DNA of 64,000 nt from Fimbriosthenelais zetlandica (Eukaryota): NCBI GenBank assembly GCA_977030845.1, contig OZ365111.1, positions 8,866,001-8,930,000 on the forward strand, written 5' to 3'. Made by a program: the position numbers and the translations under genes. Position 1 is the stretch's first letter. Every line of letters starts with the position of its first letter. Below, in pieces: positions 1 to 13,171 of the stretch. The notes beneath the pieces are model-generated. The model was not told the DNA's origin, did no database searches, and saw only the letters and a program-made list of their open reading frames with translations.

Positions 1-3000
1 TTGTTAAATGATCTCAAATAAGTTTGGGATATTATGTTTCCTTCTTTCAGGTGTTCTCTTCCAATTAAGAGGAATGGTTTTCATTTGCACCATACACACT
101 GTCTGCAAGAACTTAGTCTTGGATGAAAACATTCAAAGGTGGCAATTTATTCGACAAGATCCCGGCAAAGTTTTTGCCACAAGCTCCCAGATCAAATAGA
201 TCCATTGTTGAACCTTCTGTTACAAAGGACTTTCTTTATCAAATATAAGGTGTTTTTTTATATGGCGGAGGTGGTAATTATTACATTTCAGAGTTAAATG
301 GAGAACACGCTCCCATTTAGCACTTTGTCTTAGTTTTCCCCCAAGGCCAAAGTTGCTTTTTAACAATTTAGAACTTTAAGATAAAAAGATATCTCACCTG
401 CAGTGCAGACCTCCTTATCTTCGTCATATCCGTCTTCACAATCGAAGTTGTCATCACAAACATAGACCATTGGGATACAGGTAGCAGAGGACTTACAAGG
501 GAAAGGTTTCTCGGGTGTCGGACAAGGGTTGCCTGTTTAGGAAAAAAAATAACAATAAGCATTAATCATCTAATTGCATCATTATGGTTTCCTAAATAAT
601 TGTACTCATCACTACTAACATACCCTTTCTTGGTATTGTTATGCCAGAAGTATTCTGTTTATTAGATTTATCTTCCAGATTTATCTTTCTTTATAAATAT
701 TGAATCAACTTTTTATGTGTGTAAAAGTGAGTTTATTGGCTCACTTCTCTCCAGTTAATATGGAAGATGTTGTTTGGTATGTTTGGTTCTTATTTTTATG
801 GAAGCATGTGAGGGCATTGGCCATATTAAGGACTCTTATAATGTTGGTGATGAAGTGTTAGTGGTGTGCACATCTTTGGGCATCCACATCATCGTGGTTT
901 TCATTAGATGCTAATCAGTGGCCATTTACGAACAAGTCTCGTGCACAGAGTACAAAAACAAGCCTTTTTATTGTGCTGTAGAACACAGTTAGATCAAGCT
1001 GAGACCACACTCGTAGATATCTAATCACCACTTAGGAAGGTCGGTGAATCGTTTTTTGACCAAGTCTCGTTTTTGTCATTCCTATTTTCATCATGAGATC
1101 CACAGCAGTGCTCACTTTTGTTCAGGGTATGAGAGTCACTACCTTTGTGGTAGGGGAACTGGAACTAATGGACATACAACCAGCATTTGTGTCACTATAG
1201 ACACTATCGTAATAGACATGTTCTGAATATTAAGATGCGGCTTTGAAATCCTGAATTACACTTGTGTATTGCAATTTTTTTTTTAAAGAAATCCCCAATA
1301 GAGGCAAGTACAGGCATCCATTATACTTTCCCCGCTTAACAACAGTCATTGTCAGCTATGTGTCGTCACCTATATTTCCGCTTCCTGTTTCTCACAAGTC
1401 AGAGTGTATAGGGCCTCATTGGTAGGGTACCCAAAGACAGTGATGTAAATAACATGGCTGCTTTAAAGGACTTCCCAGGCAAGTACTGTAAGAAGAACTG
1501 AATGTATTTAAAGTGTATGTCATCCACTGAAAAATGGAAAGGGGACATTATACACCTCTTGAAAAATATTTTCACTGAACCGTTTGTGTATTCCCGACTT
1601 CCAACCTATATGGCAATATACATAAACTGGAAGTAGCTATGTCTACCAGTGAAAGGTTTCTCTTCATATACATATCGATTTTGGCTATCTGTAATTGCCC
1701 CTATTCTTTTAACTTCTCAGTAACTGTAGTTTTATTTTGCGTTAGTAGGGCTTTCAGTTGACAAGAGAAATGTCCTCTTCTTCCAGTCCATATCTACCAT
1801 TTACTAGGACCAACCCCCTTTATTCCCAAATGTGCATTTTACACGTTAAATGACACAGCAAATGGTCGTAATGTGCGACAAATAGCATTCCCATGACTAC
1901 GTTAATATGGTTCCAGTGTTGCTCCTTTGTTGCAGCATTACAGCTAGGTTCGTATCACATGACTAAACAGATAGTCCCATCCGGGCTTATCATTTTCACT
2001 AAGCATCTTTCTTCAAGGAGCGAAGCCAGTACTCAGACATCCTATTAGGATTTAATTTCAAGGTCTTCTTCGGTATTTGGCTATAATAAAGTTCATGAAA
2101 TTGTTATAAATGTAATGAATTTCCTATATATTATCAGTAAAATTTATTCACTGTAATTTATTCTGATAGTGATAGATTAGGAAAGTCTGTATGTATAGCG
2201 TTTCTTGTTGAAAACTAGGAATCATTAAGTGGGCAATCAAAATACTCTGTTCTTAAATGTTTAATGCAAATAACTTTCAAAAAATTAATTAGAATGCAAT
2301 CCTATAGTTTTATTTATGGAGATCGATACCAATGATCCAATAGCAAGCCAATAGCCATCTACTGTAATTACTGATTGATGCTCTTCAAAGTAGTATGTTT
2401 GTTTGAACATTGCATTTTCCTTTTAGAGGCAAAAACATCCCTAAGAAGACATCAATTTAGCGCCACGCCATATTGAAAATTGTGCCAGTGGTATTTTTGT
2501 TCTGAAATCTCAAGAGAAGTTTATTGAATTTAAACTCTTTAGGTACCACTTCGTTTTGTGTAACTATACTCCCTTTTCTTGACTTCAAAGCGCAGTTAGA
2601 GGCACAGTGTTTAGACGTTCCCTCCCATCTAATATTGAAAGTGTCTTTTTCTTCTATTTGATAAATACTTTGAGCTTCGACTTGCTTGCTTGTTGAAGAG
2701 TAATGCATTTAGACATTAGTCTAGAACTGTTCCAAGTTGAGTTTCTATTGATTCTCTGCACCCACTCTAAAGTTGACAGTAATAGAGGGGATTAAGAAAA
2801 GGTTAAGCTCTTCTGTCTCTTTCAGCTCTTCTTGTAAAGCTGCAAATGGTGACCGATTTTCACTGATGTAAAATACAGGGACATTATCACCTCCTTCATT
2901 GATTCGCCTGTCTGATTACCGTGATTTTGCATAAAATACATGCTTTCAGACACAATGTAACTGATAAGAGAATAATTTCTTTGCTGTTTTGGTTGAAGGG

Positions 3001-6000
3001 CGAATGCATTGACTTTTTGTCATATGAATTTTGATTTATGAAAGTTCATTCACCTTTAAATTCAAAATAATATATTGAAGAAAGTAACATCAGAATATTT
3101 TCCATCCAGCACAGTTTGGAAATGGGAGATGATTTGCTCTCATGATATGATGATTTATTGTTATGTGTAATTTGTTTTTCAAGTTTTCATTTTTGGGTGC
3201 CCGAATAGAATGGTCCAGTGTACGGGCTAAGATATCCATTTTCTTGTCAGAATATTTAAATTTCTAGTCAGAATATAAGTGCAAAACTATTGTTGTACTA
3301 GGAGTAAACTGTATTACTAATAAGAGGAAAGAGGCATGAGAATGGAGTGGCTTCTAGATTCTATCTAGTATATGGCAAAAGTATCACTTCAGATTATATG
3401 TCAAGAAGCAAGTTGCAAGGGATATTTAACAAACCTTCTTATGTTGTAAGATGCAGACAGCCTTTAATAATATAATATCCACTTAGATATAATAAGTGCC
3501 TTCCATATATAGATCTATATATTAAAACTAATAGTGAATTGAATGAGTCAGGTGGTTGGGGAGCTGTAATTGTGACTGGATTATAGCAAGATATGAAAAG
3601 TAAGTGAATAATATGAATAGGAAGCACCGGCCATTGGCTCTATACGGGGTCAGGGGCCAGCAACTTCAAAAAAAGGTTGAAAAAACAGAACTAGAATTTT
3701 TTGCTGATTCTAAGGAATAAAAACCAGCAAGAAAAGGAGAAATAGCATGATGTAAAATAAGTGACTGTATGCTGCTCTCAACGTACTGATATGATACAGG
3801 CATAGATCTTACAATACATGGCACCTTACGAAAAGTGTACACCTCACATATGCCTACTTATAAAAAGAGTCACTTACTGAGTTTGCCTGCTGCCAGAAAG
3901 GTGCAAGCCAAATGGACCCAAAAGATGGAGAGGAACAAAATGTCATTAGCAGAAAACTCTTATACGCATGCGCATATTATTTCCTCGCATTGTGCTATAT
4001 AGACGAAAAAACATTGCTGAGGGACGCACATGCGTACTGAAGGAACACTGTGAGCGATATGGTTAGAGAGCTTAAGGTATTTAGTGTTCTTGGAAAGTGA
4101 AGCAACTGGATAAAAATGCACATCATGAGGAAAAAAGTATAATTTGGACAACCATAGATTAGGCCATTGACACTATCGAGATGCCAAATTACACTCATGC
4201 TCATCGATCCACAAATAAGCAAGCCTTTATAAAAGGGTAATTTCAAATATGGAACTGAAGATGTAGGAAAATTTTATCCAAGGAGCATGTGGGAAAGGCT
4301 TTAAAACGGGGAACTTACTCATATAGATTTAAAAAATAAGAAATTGGCACAAAACCGAGGGAGAGAGGAGTGCATGCCCTCAAAAGTTAGATAAAGAGTT
4401 AAAAGAACATGTAAATCCATTAATCCTAACTCACTGGCGGAGTCTGAAGAGAGAGTAGGAAAGAAAGGGATACAGGAAGGTCAACTATGTTCATAAGCCT
4501 CCCATTTAGTCACACTTCTTTTATACTTAGACAGGATATATAAGGACGAAACGATCATGACACATGATACACCAATAAGAACGGACAGTACATTGGCAAG
4601 CTGCTAAATACAGGGCTTCTTACATTTATACATAGCTAGCTCGAACAAGTTCAGACGGGGTGGTTGGTTTGAAAGTACTAGGAAAAGTTTCAGGGAAAGG
4701 CTAGAAAAGATACTAGTCATAGGGAATTATATAGTTTTTGTACTACTATACATAAGCCAGGGATTTTTAGATATACATTTTAACAGTGAGTTTAAAGGTA
4801 AAGTTCGCTTGCTATGAGTGGGAAAATTTAAGTTAATGATGTTAAATTTACTCGATTCCAAGTTAAATTAGGTATCAAGAGAAACTTCTTGGAAGATGGA
4901 GGAGGAAATGGGTCTGAAATGAAATTATGAGATTAGAATTGCCCTCGGCCTCCTTAAATTACCGCTTTGGATTGCTTCCAAGCAATCACTGTTTCTACAG
5001 GCAATGTAATATAAGCTCAGTCGAAGGCAGCTGATATAATTAGAAGAGTTGCTATTGATACTTTGGAGACAAATATTATTCAAATTTCTCTCTCGCGAAT
5101 GGTTGATAAAATTATAACATATTGAATATTTTCAAATTAATTATTCGCGTAATCTCAGAATACTATTTTATCATGTCATTTACTGAATATAAAGCTTAAA
5201 GCACTTGAAGAAGGAATAGGTTAGGTAAGGTGAGGGCACAATTTAGTTTTATATTACACAAAGTCGACTCTGGGAAGGAAAAGAATTAAGCAATAACGGG
5301 GCTTATTGTCATTGTTAATGTTCAATGCACTCCCAAAGCGATAAATCAGGAAATCTTGGTTACTCTGACTAATACTTTCCCTCAGTTGGTCAGTAATTGG
5401 CGAAATCATTACCAGTCAACTTTTAATGAAGGGAGCCAATTTTCTCCCTTGAGAAAATTTAGTAGGTACGTTTTGCTTCGCAGAGAGCTCGACTTCTAAT
5501 TGAGTTGGATTTATGTTCAAATCCCTTGCTGATCGGTTTTCTTTTTCATCAGGGCTTTGGAAACATTTATTTTAATGCAGGTTCTCTAGTTTCATCGCTC
5601 ATTTCTGGTTGTTTGGAAAATAATTAATCGTTAAGGTACCGTAACTTTTAACCACAAATGATTATACAGGATCATGGGTAGTCTTTAAATTTTAATTTTA
5701 ATTGTCAAGTTTTTTTTGCCTGCTGGTTTAATAAAGAGAGCGAAAATCACATTTCTTAATTAAATGCCAGTATTACACAATTAGTAAAATCCCGGACAGA
5801 TGTTTATATTATATATTCACTTCATTCTACTCCTAGGGTTCTTTGATTATACCATTTCCAAAATCAGAAATGAATGATTCGGTACTGCTTATGCTTTTTA
5901 GACATATCCTTAAATAAATAATAAAAAAACTTTCCCAGCTAAGTACAGAGGATTTCAGTATGAGAGGTCACATGTAATACTCGGGGAGAGGGGATCAGGC

Positions 6001-9000
6001 TTCAGAGTTCATGTTTTATAAAGAGGGATGTTGATATTAGGATAGATATTAAGGCTGTAAAGCCTTACTTACCGTCTGAACCCCGGCGCTTCTCGGGCAT
6101 GTAGTTGTGCCTCTGCCTCGAGCGGAGAAGGTCAGCCAAATCCATGCCCAGAATGCTAGTTGCCATGGACACAACTACCACACTTAGCAAAAGGACGTCC
6201 ACACTGCGCGCCATCTTTCTGCAAGACGTGAAGCAGATACTTTAGAGCTAATCTACTTAAAGAGTAATGAAAGGATTGAAAAGTTGTTGATCATGTTCCC
6301 TCATTATTGGTAAATGTCGAATCCTTCTAAACACTAGGGCCTAAATTGAAATAATTTACATAACAGCTAATGATCGAATATCTACTAAATTATTTTGAGA
6401 AACATGATCTGTTCATGTGCTTAAATCGCTTGGGATGGTTTAGTGGAAAATGTTTGTATGCAGTATTAAGCTTACATGCCACTTAAAGTGTGCGCGTGTC
6501 GCTGCACACAAATTAACGCATCAAAATCCAAAAGTAAAGAGCTTTTCCCCCTATAATTTTGAAAAATAAGACGCCTGTATCACAGGAAAGATTTACTTTT
6601 GAAATATGAAGCAAAATGTAAAAAGCTTGAAAATATTGATGTGTTCATCATTTTCCTGAAGGAGCAGAAAACACCACTACAGCAACCACAAGCAAGATTT
6701 TGCACGATTTCTTTCACTGGAGTCCAAAACATTAATCTATTATATTTCTTTTTTAATAAACCTGTAGCCTAGATATTCCTTCCTTTTTTCTTCTTAATAC
6801 TTGATGCGATATTATTACTCTCCCAATATATATTTTTGTTGTGCACATTATATCTTGATGGCTGGTTAAAATAAACAACTAAATTATTTGAATCTTGTAA
6901 TTTTTTTAATTTTTGATATAGGACACTCTATCTGATATGGAACTATAATAGGGCTATTGAATGTAGTGAATGTCCTTAAAATCCAAGCACCTGCCATTCC
7001 CTTCTTCAGATTAACTTATAACAGTCAGCCTATGGGAATCTCCATGTCAAATATCATGAGCTTATCAGTGATCCCCTAATCTTACATCTACTTCCTCATT
7101 CAACAGTAGCCTGTCTTTCAGGGATAGATGTCATGACATCATGGTGATACATGGATACTAAAAAGCTTGTAGAAGTCGATGTCTGAAGAGCTGGCGGTGC
7201 TTTGAATAATTACGCATGCACAGACAGCCATGGGACAGAGAATTAGCTTTTCCTCACATAAGATGGGGGCGCTGCAAACACTGTTGCCGGGTCCCCGAGT
7301 TATCAATGATTAGGTGTATCGCTGGAGGGACAGGTTGGGCCGTTCTAGTAGACCTCTTTATCAGACAGCTTATCCGCGGGGCTGGGAATGTGCCAGCAGC
7401 TTTGTATTGGCCTAATACAAGATCGTTCTGGTTATCAACCATATTTCTTCTCACACTAGATTTATGAAAGTTGTGAGAGTTCCTTGTTTATGGAGTTTTG
7501 TCCCTATTTACATATTTTCCATTAATCATGGCACATTGGGCCATGCCATTTATTGCCATAATTTCTACCCCTAGAGATGTCGTTTCAATTCCTGAATTAC
7601 ACTACATAATAGTGTTTAAAGCTATACGGCTATTTATGTTCTTATAGTATTCTTGTTCTAACCTGATAACTGTTCAGTTTTTAAACTTTATATAACTCCC
7701 AGGGGAAAAAAAGATCACTTTAAAATGATTGCTTTAGTTGCACGTAATCCCCAAAGGAGTGATATTGTTTATAGTTCTAAGCCAGTATAAAGCCACTACC
7801 AGGCATTATACCCTATCATCAACTTGCTAACATTACTGCAAGCACGTAATTTAACTTCCTTTCAACACAAAACTGTGAAACTGGCCGGCAAGTTTCAGTT
7901 GCTTTCATTTTCCCATGAGAACAGTAAACCTCGCTCTTTTTTTATTTCTTTTTAACTTGAATTCTAGCATTTTTAGGCTGATAGAAGTTCAGGTAATCTA
8001 TGTGCTGAAAATGTATAAAAATATAGTTTGATAGGCTTAATTAACATTTGATTAGTTGTGACATTTGATTACTAGTGATATGGCAGTATTAAACAAGAGA
8101 TTCTCAGATTCCCATGCCTTGCCGAAGTAAATGAAATAAACTAGGCAAGAGGTCTAAACATGTTTGGTGTTCCACCCCACCAAGGGTATCTAACCAAGTG
8201 TCTTGAGATATCAATAACAATCAAAACCTCTGGTTCCAGGCGCTTATTAGACTTAAGGTCGACCTGTCTACCATTCCAATTACCAAGGTGTTACTAGAAG
8301 TGGAATCAGGAAAATATACGCAAGATGTCCCAACTTAGATTAACTAGTTGGAGCCTAAATTATATGTACAGGATCTACTTCATCAATAGCAACGTTAACC
8401 AGTCGCATTGAGGAAAGAGACCTGTTGATGATGCAATAACACGTGTGGATGTGGAGACTTTGCAAAGTATATAAGTTTACCAATCAATCAAGTTGTTTAC
8501 ATGGGGAAAGTCGTGGGTGTAAAAAGAATATTTCCATCATCACGATTCATCGAGTTGCCTAAGTGATTCAAGCACCTTCATTACTGATTCTCTCTGTCTC
8601 TCGCAATGCATTTCATTAGGAATTAGTCTTCATTCTGTGTATTTATTCGGTTAAAAACACTGTTCACAGAGTAAGAGGGGCAGGCCAACATAGTGTCACA
8701 TTATTCATTCAAGGCTCACACTTCAAGGCATGAAAAACCTATGTATTAGACGGCTAGGTAAACAACCAAGCATATATGTAGTTCCATCTCGTGGGATACA
8801 TCTCTCCATTTGCAACGTGTATGGGACTCCAATCCCTTTCTCATTTGAATAATATAAAAAATGTTTCACAGTAAATTAGTGTTTGAGGTCTTAAGACATG
8901 GATCTGTGTACATACGGATGTAGTTCGATCTGAATTTCATGCTGTTGGATCAGTCCATTTCAAAACGAAATTTAATTTAGCATCGCTAATATTCCTTTTG

Positions 9001-9956
9001 AAACGGGACCCTGGATACCCGATATTATATTTAATAAAAAAAAGTCGAATTTCTGATATGCCTTTGCTGACAATAATGGTCTGCTTCATCTCCAGTGCAG
9101 CAGGGCTAAAAATAGCAAATTTTGTTTACCAAGATTATCCACATTCATCATATAGCCAGGGATGTTGAAAAATTCAAGAGCCATGTCCCTTTGAAGATAA
9201 GATGAAGGAGTGCCCAAGGCCAATTTATTCTCAAATGATTCAGGGATCATGTACATCTAAAGAATTATGCATTGGTGGACTTTGCTGCTGGCTAGTTAAT
9301 GGTTTACCTTTAGAGCAATACTGCCTTTAAATGATACAATAGTCAGTAGTACGGGAAAATCCATCATTCAATTCAAAAATTATTCTGGTATTAATCTATA
9401 TATTATCATTGATGATTACACCAGTAGGTATCCGCATCACTCTGTTAATAGAACAAAGACGTACTCAAACTGTCTGGTTTATAGACGAGCTAATATGTTC
9501 AAGGTAGATATTTGTTTTTTATGGTTATGCTACAAAAAGATTTCCAGCCACGATGGTACTTTTTATTATGATCTTATACAAGACTCCCCAACTTCTGCCC
9601 TGAGGTGGGCTAAAAGTAAACCTAGAGAAATATATTGAAAAAAACATATTGTCTCGGTATGGATATAGTTGCATGGGAAGTGGGGGGAGACACTGAGAGG
9701 TTTACATGTATTGTTTTTGGCAGGAACGACACAGGTAAGAGAGAGAAAACACACACGGAGCTTTCACGTCAATTGTCATCACACAAATGCTTCAGATAAA
9801 AATGTTCTGCTCTCTATTTCTCTTTGCTCTACATACTTGTCTGGCCCATCTTTGTTTTTGAATAGTTAATATCTGAAGAAAGTTGTCCTTGGTCACCCCT
9901 GTATAATTATAGGGACAGAAACAATACGGGGTGGGGATTAGTAAAAGTCTAGGACT

Positions 9957-10041
9957 TAAGGCCTGGGGCCTATTTCAAAAGAAAAATTAGCAATGCTAAG
10001 TCTATGGCTAATTTTCGTTTTGGAACAGGCTCCAGGACTTA
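9957..10041. repeat. 85-bp imperfect foldback (inverted repeat)
   Basis: Arms 9962-9991 (cctggggcctatttcaaaagaaaaattagc) and 10007-10036 (gctaattttcgttttggaacaggctccagg) are complementary at 25/30 positions. Two of the five mismatches are G-T. The stem extends to 29/35 with a 15-nt loop. Confidence 0.75.
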
Positions 10042-11097
10042 CCTCTAAATGATCTGTCAAAGTTTGAGGAAGGAATTGGGACACCCCACCAACACTGTCC
10101 AGGAATTGCTGGTCTGAATAATCTTGGATAACCCATGTGATATCCCTTGGTTACATTATGTAAAAATATACAATACTCAGCGGTTATTAGCCACTGCTAT
10201 TTTGATGACTACTATCGGTATTTCCTTGCTTCTGTTCTCTAAAGCTTTGATAAGACATTTTGTCAATAGCCAGGTGTTTAAAGCAGGTGAATTGCTTTGT
10301 GCAGTCTAGAATAAGAGATAGTTTGTTAGACTCCTTTGGGATCTGCTTTTAAGTGCATCACTCAAGCCCTTCTTGAGCTGGAAAAAGCTCCTCCAAATGA
10401 GATTTCCTCTGTATGAGCTCCAACCAATAAATTCAAAGTCTAGTCGGTAATAAGCCATAAATATTAAATTAGAAAGTCGTCCCGGGATATGGAACCTGGC
10501 GCATTCTAGATACCAGTGAAGGACCATTATTTAGTGATTATTTTAATCGTCACTGTATAGTTAGGTGGGTCCTTCTATAGATGCATGAATATAGAACCTT
10601 TGAGGGCGCGGGTGTTAGCATCCGGGATTCATTAGACTTGCATCGATTGCTGACAGAAATGGTCCGAAGGAATCATGATTTACAAGTATCTAACATGAGC
10701 GCTCTGACATTGAGCCGGCCTGCTATATCATAAAGTAAAATCAAGTATGAAAGGGAGGAGGATGTCATTCCTTGTTTCATGAAAGCTCTATTAAAAAAAA
10801 TCATCCCTCCTCTAAAAATAAACCAAGTAATGTACTACTCCATTAAGGTAAGTGCCTTATAATATATCTTTTCATTACCTCACACGAGCTCGTAACTACC
10901 GAGTTCATCATAAGGGATTTCGTTCGTAAGCTTCCACATATGATATGCTGATATTCGCTGTTCAGTCAATGATGTATAAAAGTGTATTGTCATACACCTG
11001 ATGTGTTTAGGCGTTGGCTTGAATGCTTGCCTGGAGGTACAGCACATTGGTCTTCAGTTACTATGTATATAGACGAATGAAAAGCAAGGGGAATGAA

Positions 11098-11143
11098 AAA
11101 AAAGTCTCACGGAAAGAGTAAAAAAAGGCTCACGGAAAGAGTA
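11098..11143 (+). repeat. 23-bp tandem duplication
   Basis: CTCACGGAAAGAGTA at 11106-11120 and 11129-11143, each preceded by an A-run. Confidence 0.85.
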
Positions 11144-13146
11144 TCCTATTCGGTGCATATTCCGGGAAGAAATAAATTGTATCCAGAAAGGGGGAATATT
11201 TCCTTACGTATTGCATATCAGCAATTATTGCTAACTCTACATAATAAAAAAAAATCTGCAGTGTTCTGTAACTTGACTTCGTATTCTTTGCAGCATTTCC
11301 TTTTTTGAAGACGCCTATAACTGCCGTTCTTGCTAAGAATAAAACATAAGATATCTTTTTTAATACACACGGTGGTTTCATATCAAGCAGTCTATGAAAA
11401 TATTATGGGAGATACGTCAATCTGATGTCTACAGAGAAAAATATTTGGATCCAATACATATGGATGTCTTTGATCTGTATTCATCATTCAGTATGTCTGT
11501 ACACCATGCCATTCTCTGACCTAACACCATGCATGTCTTGCATGCACCATCATGGTTTGAAAATGGATATGCCTGCCACAATGCGTCGAGGATCAAAAGG
11601 AATTTTGAGAGGAAATGTGAAAATTTAGCCAGGGTTTTTACTATGTCCATAACACTTTGGCTCTTTCTCGTCACATCTTCTGAGATCCTTTTGTATCAAT
11701 AGCCCAGCAAGCAGCTATTACCACTGAGCCAATTGACGTCAGTAAATAAGACTCATCCATCAATTCCCTATTCACCTTAGCATTTCACACTGGAGGACAA
11801 CCTTACGCGTGGAAGGATGAAAACATTTCAGAATCAACAGTCTCCAGAATATGAAATTCAATAAGTTATTTTGTTTCCAACATTCCTGAGGCAATAAGTT
11901 CGAATGGTGATTGTGAATACACGGGGGAAATTATGAGCAATATGCTGATATCTAGAGCAAGAATTTATTACATCAAAAACATTTCAGGAGTTCCATGTGT
12001 AGACTCGGAACCTCATATCATATCTCTAAATGTCTGAATTGGGCTATTCATGCATCTCTTATTCTAGCTTGCAGAGCTCGTCTGTATAGTTATATCTTCC
12101 ATTTTCAAATCACTTGGGACCCATATATAGATGGGATCAGTATTATATATGGGGCATCAGACAATTTTTATGGATCATAACTAATGTAATCATTGTGCTA
12201 ATGCCCCGTTCTAGCACCGTATGCAGCAGAATATCATATTAATATTTCATCTTTCAGTCACAATGACCTTCAGCTGAATAGCTAAAGCAATGTCACGGCA
12301 ATTGTCAGAGGTATTGGACTACAGTAACGGTAATGCAAAAATAGTCAACTTTATAATAATTAGGGACCTTATTGGGTTCATTATATCATTATAATTATGT
12401 CCCCAAAATCACTCACAATTGGAGGCCATTTTAACAGTTACCAGTTTAACATTTTAACAGTAGAAAACCTCATATTCCCACTGGATCAAACATCATAATT
12501 CCATTCTGACATCGAAATGGCCAACAGGTAATTGACTCCTCATATAAATGACTTGGTTGAAGTCATGCAACAATTGCTCTATATCAGTACTATTGATGGG
12601 GGTCAGGCATTGTGCGACAAAACAAGCACACAAAGGGCAATTTGTTCATCTAACCTCCCACCTCTTTCTACAAGCCGTATGGTATTGATCATCTCCCTCT
12701 CTCATTTCTGCCATGCGAGGGCTCAATAGGATAAATGACACAGGACATGATCTAAGCAATTTAGAGAGCAAAGGGCAGTGGCAAGTGCAGGTTTTCATCA
12801 CAATTGTTCTTCTAAAGCGGGGGGTATTTTTAAAAAGCACAAATGCAGTGAGTTTACATTTGTGGGGCAGGCGCATGTGCACATGAAATGCTGAAATATT
12901 CAAGAGGCGTGTCAAAGCCGTGTCCCTCCCATCTTTGTCACGAGGTTCAGTGTGGCCGGCCCCCAACGTCCAGGATAATAACAGGGCCACTACCCTCAGC
13001 CATCAAAATTTCATGCTTGTTCAAGCTGCAACAGCAATGATGCAAATTTGTGTGCCAAATCCATGAAAATCCATTAGGCAGGCATATTGGCTGGATAGTG
13101 CTTTACTTTTGTATTTCAGGTTCAACTGTGTCTCTTTTTCTCTATG

Positions 13147-13171
13147 CCCCCCCCCCCCCCCTCCATCCCCC
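13147..13171 (-). repeat. C15 homopolymer (G-tract on minus strand)
   Basis: 15 consecutive C at 13147-13161 followed by tccatccccc. Confidence 0.85.

Noticed and set aside
10306-10527. L1-like IWRSFFQLKKGL
   Set aside because: Isolated short motif with no neighbouring ORF2 signal.
11429-11674. Copia RT-like DIVKTLAKFSHFL...LWQA
   Set aside because: Too few identities to distinguish from chance.
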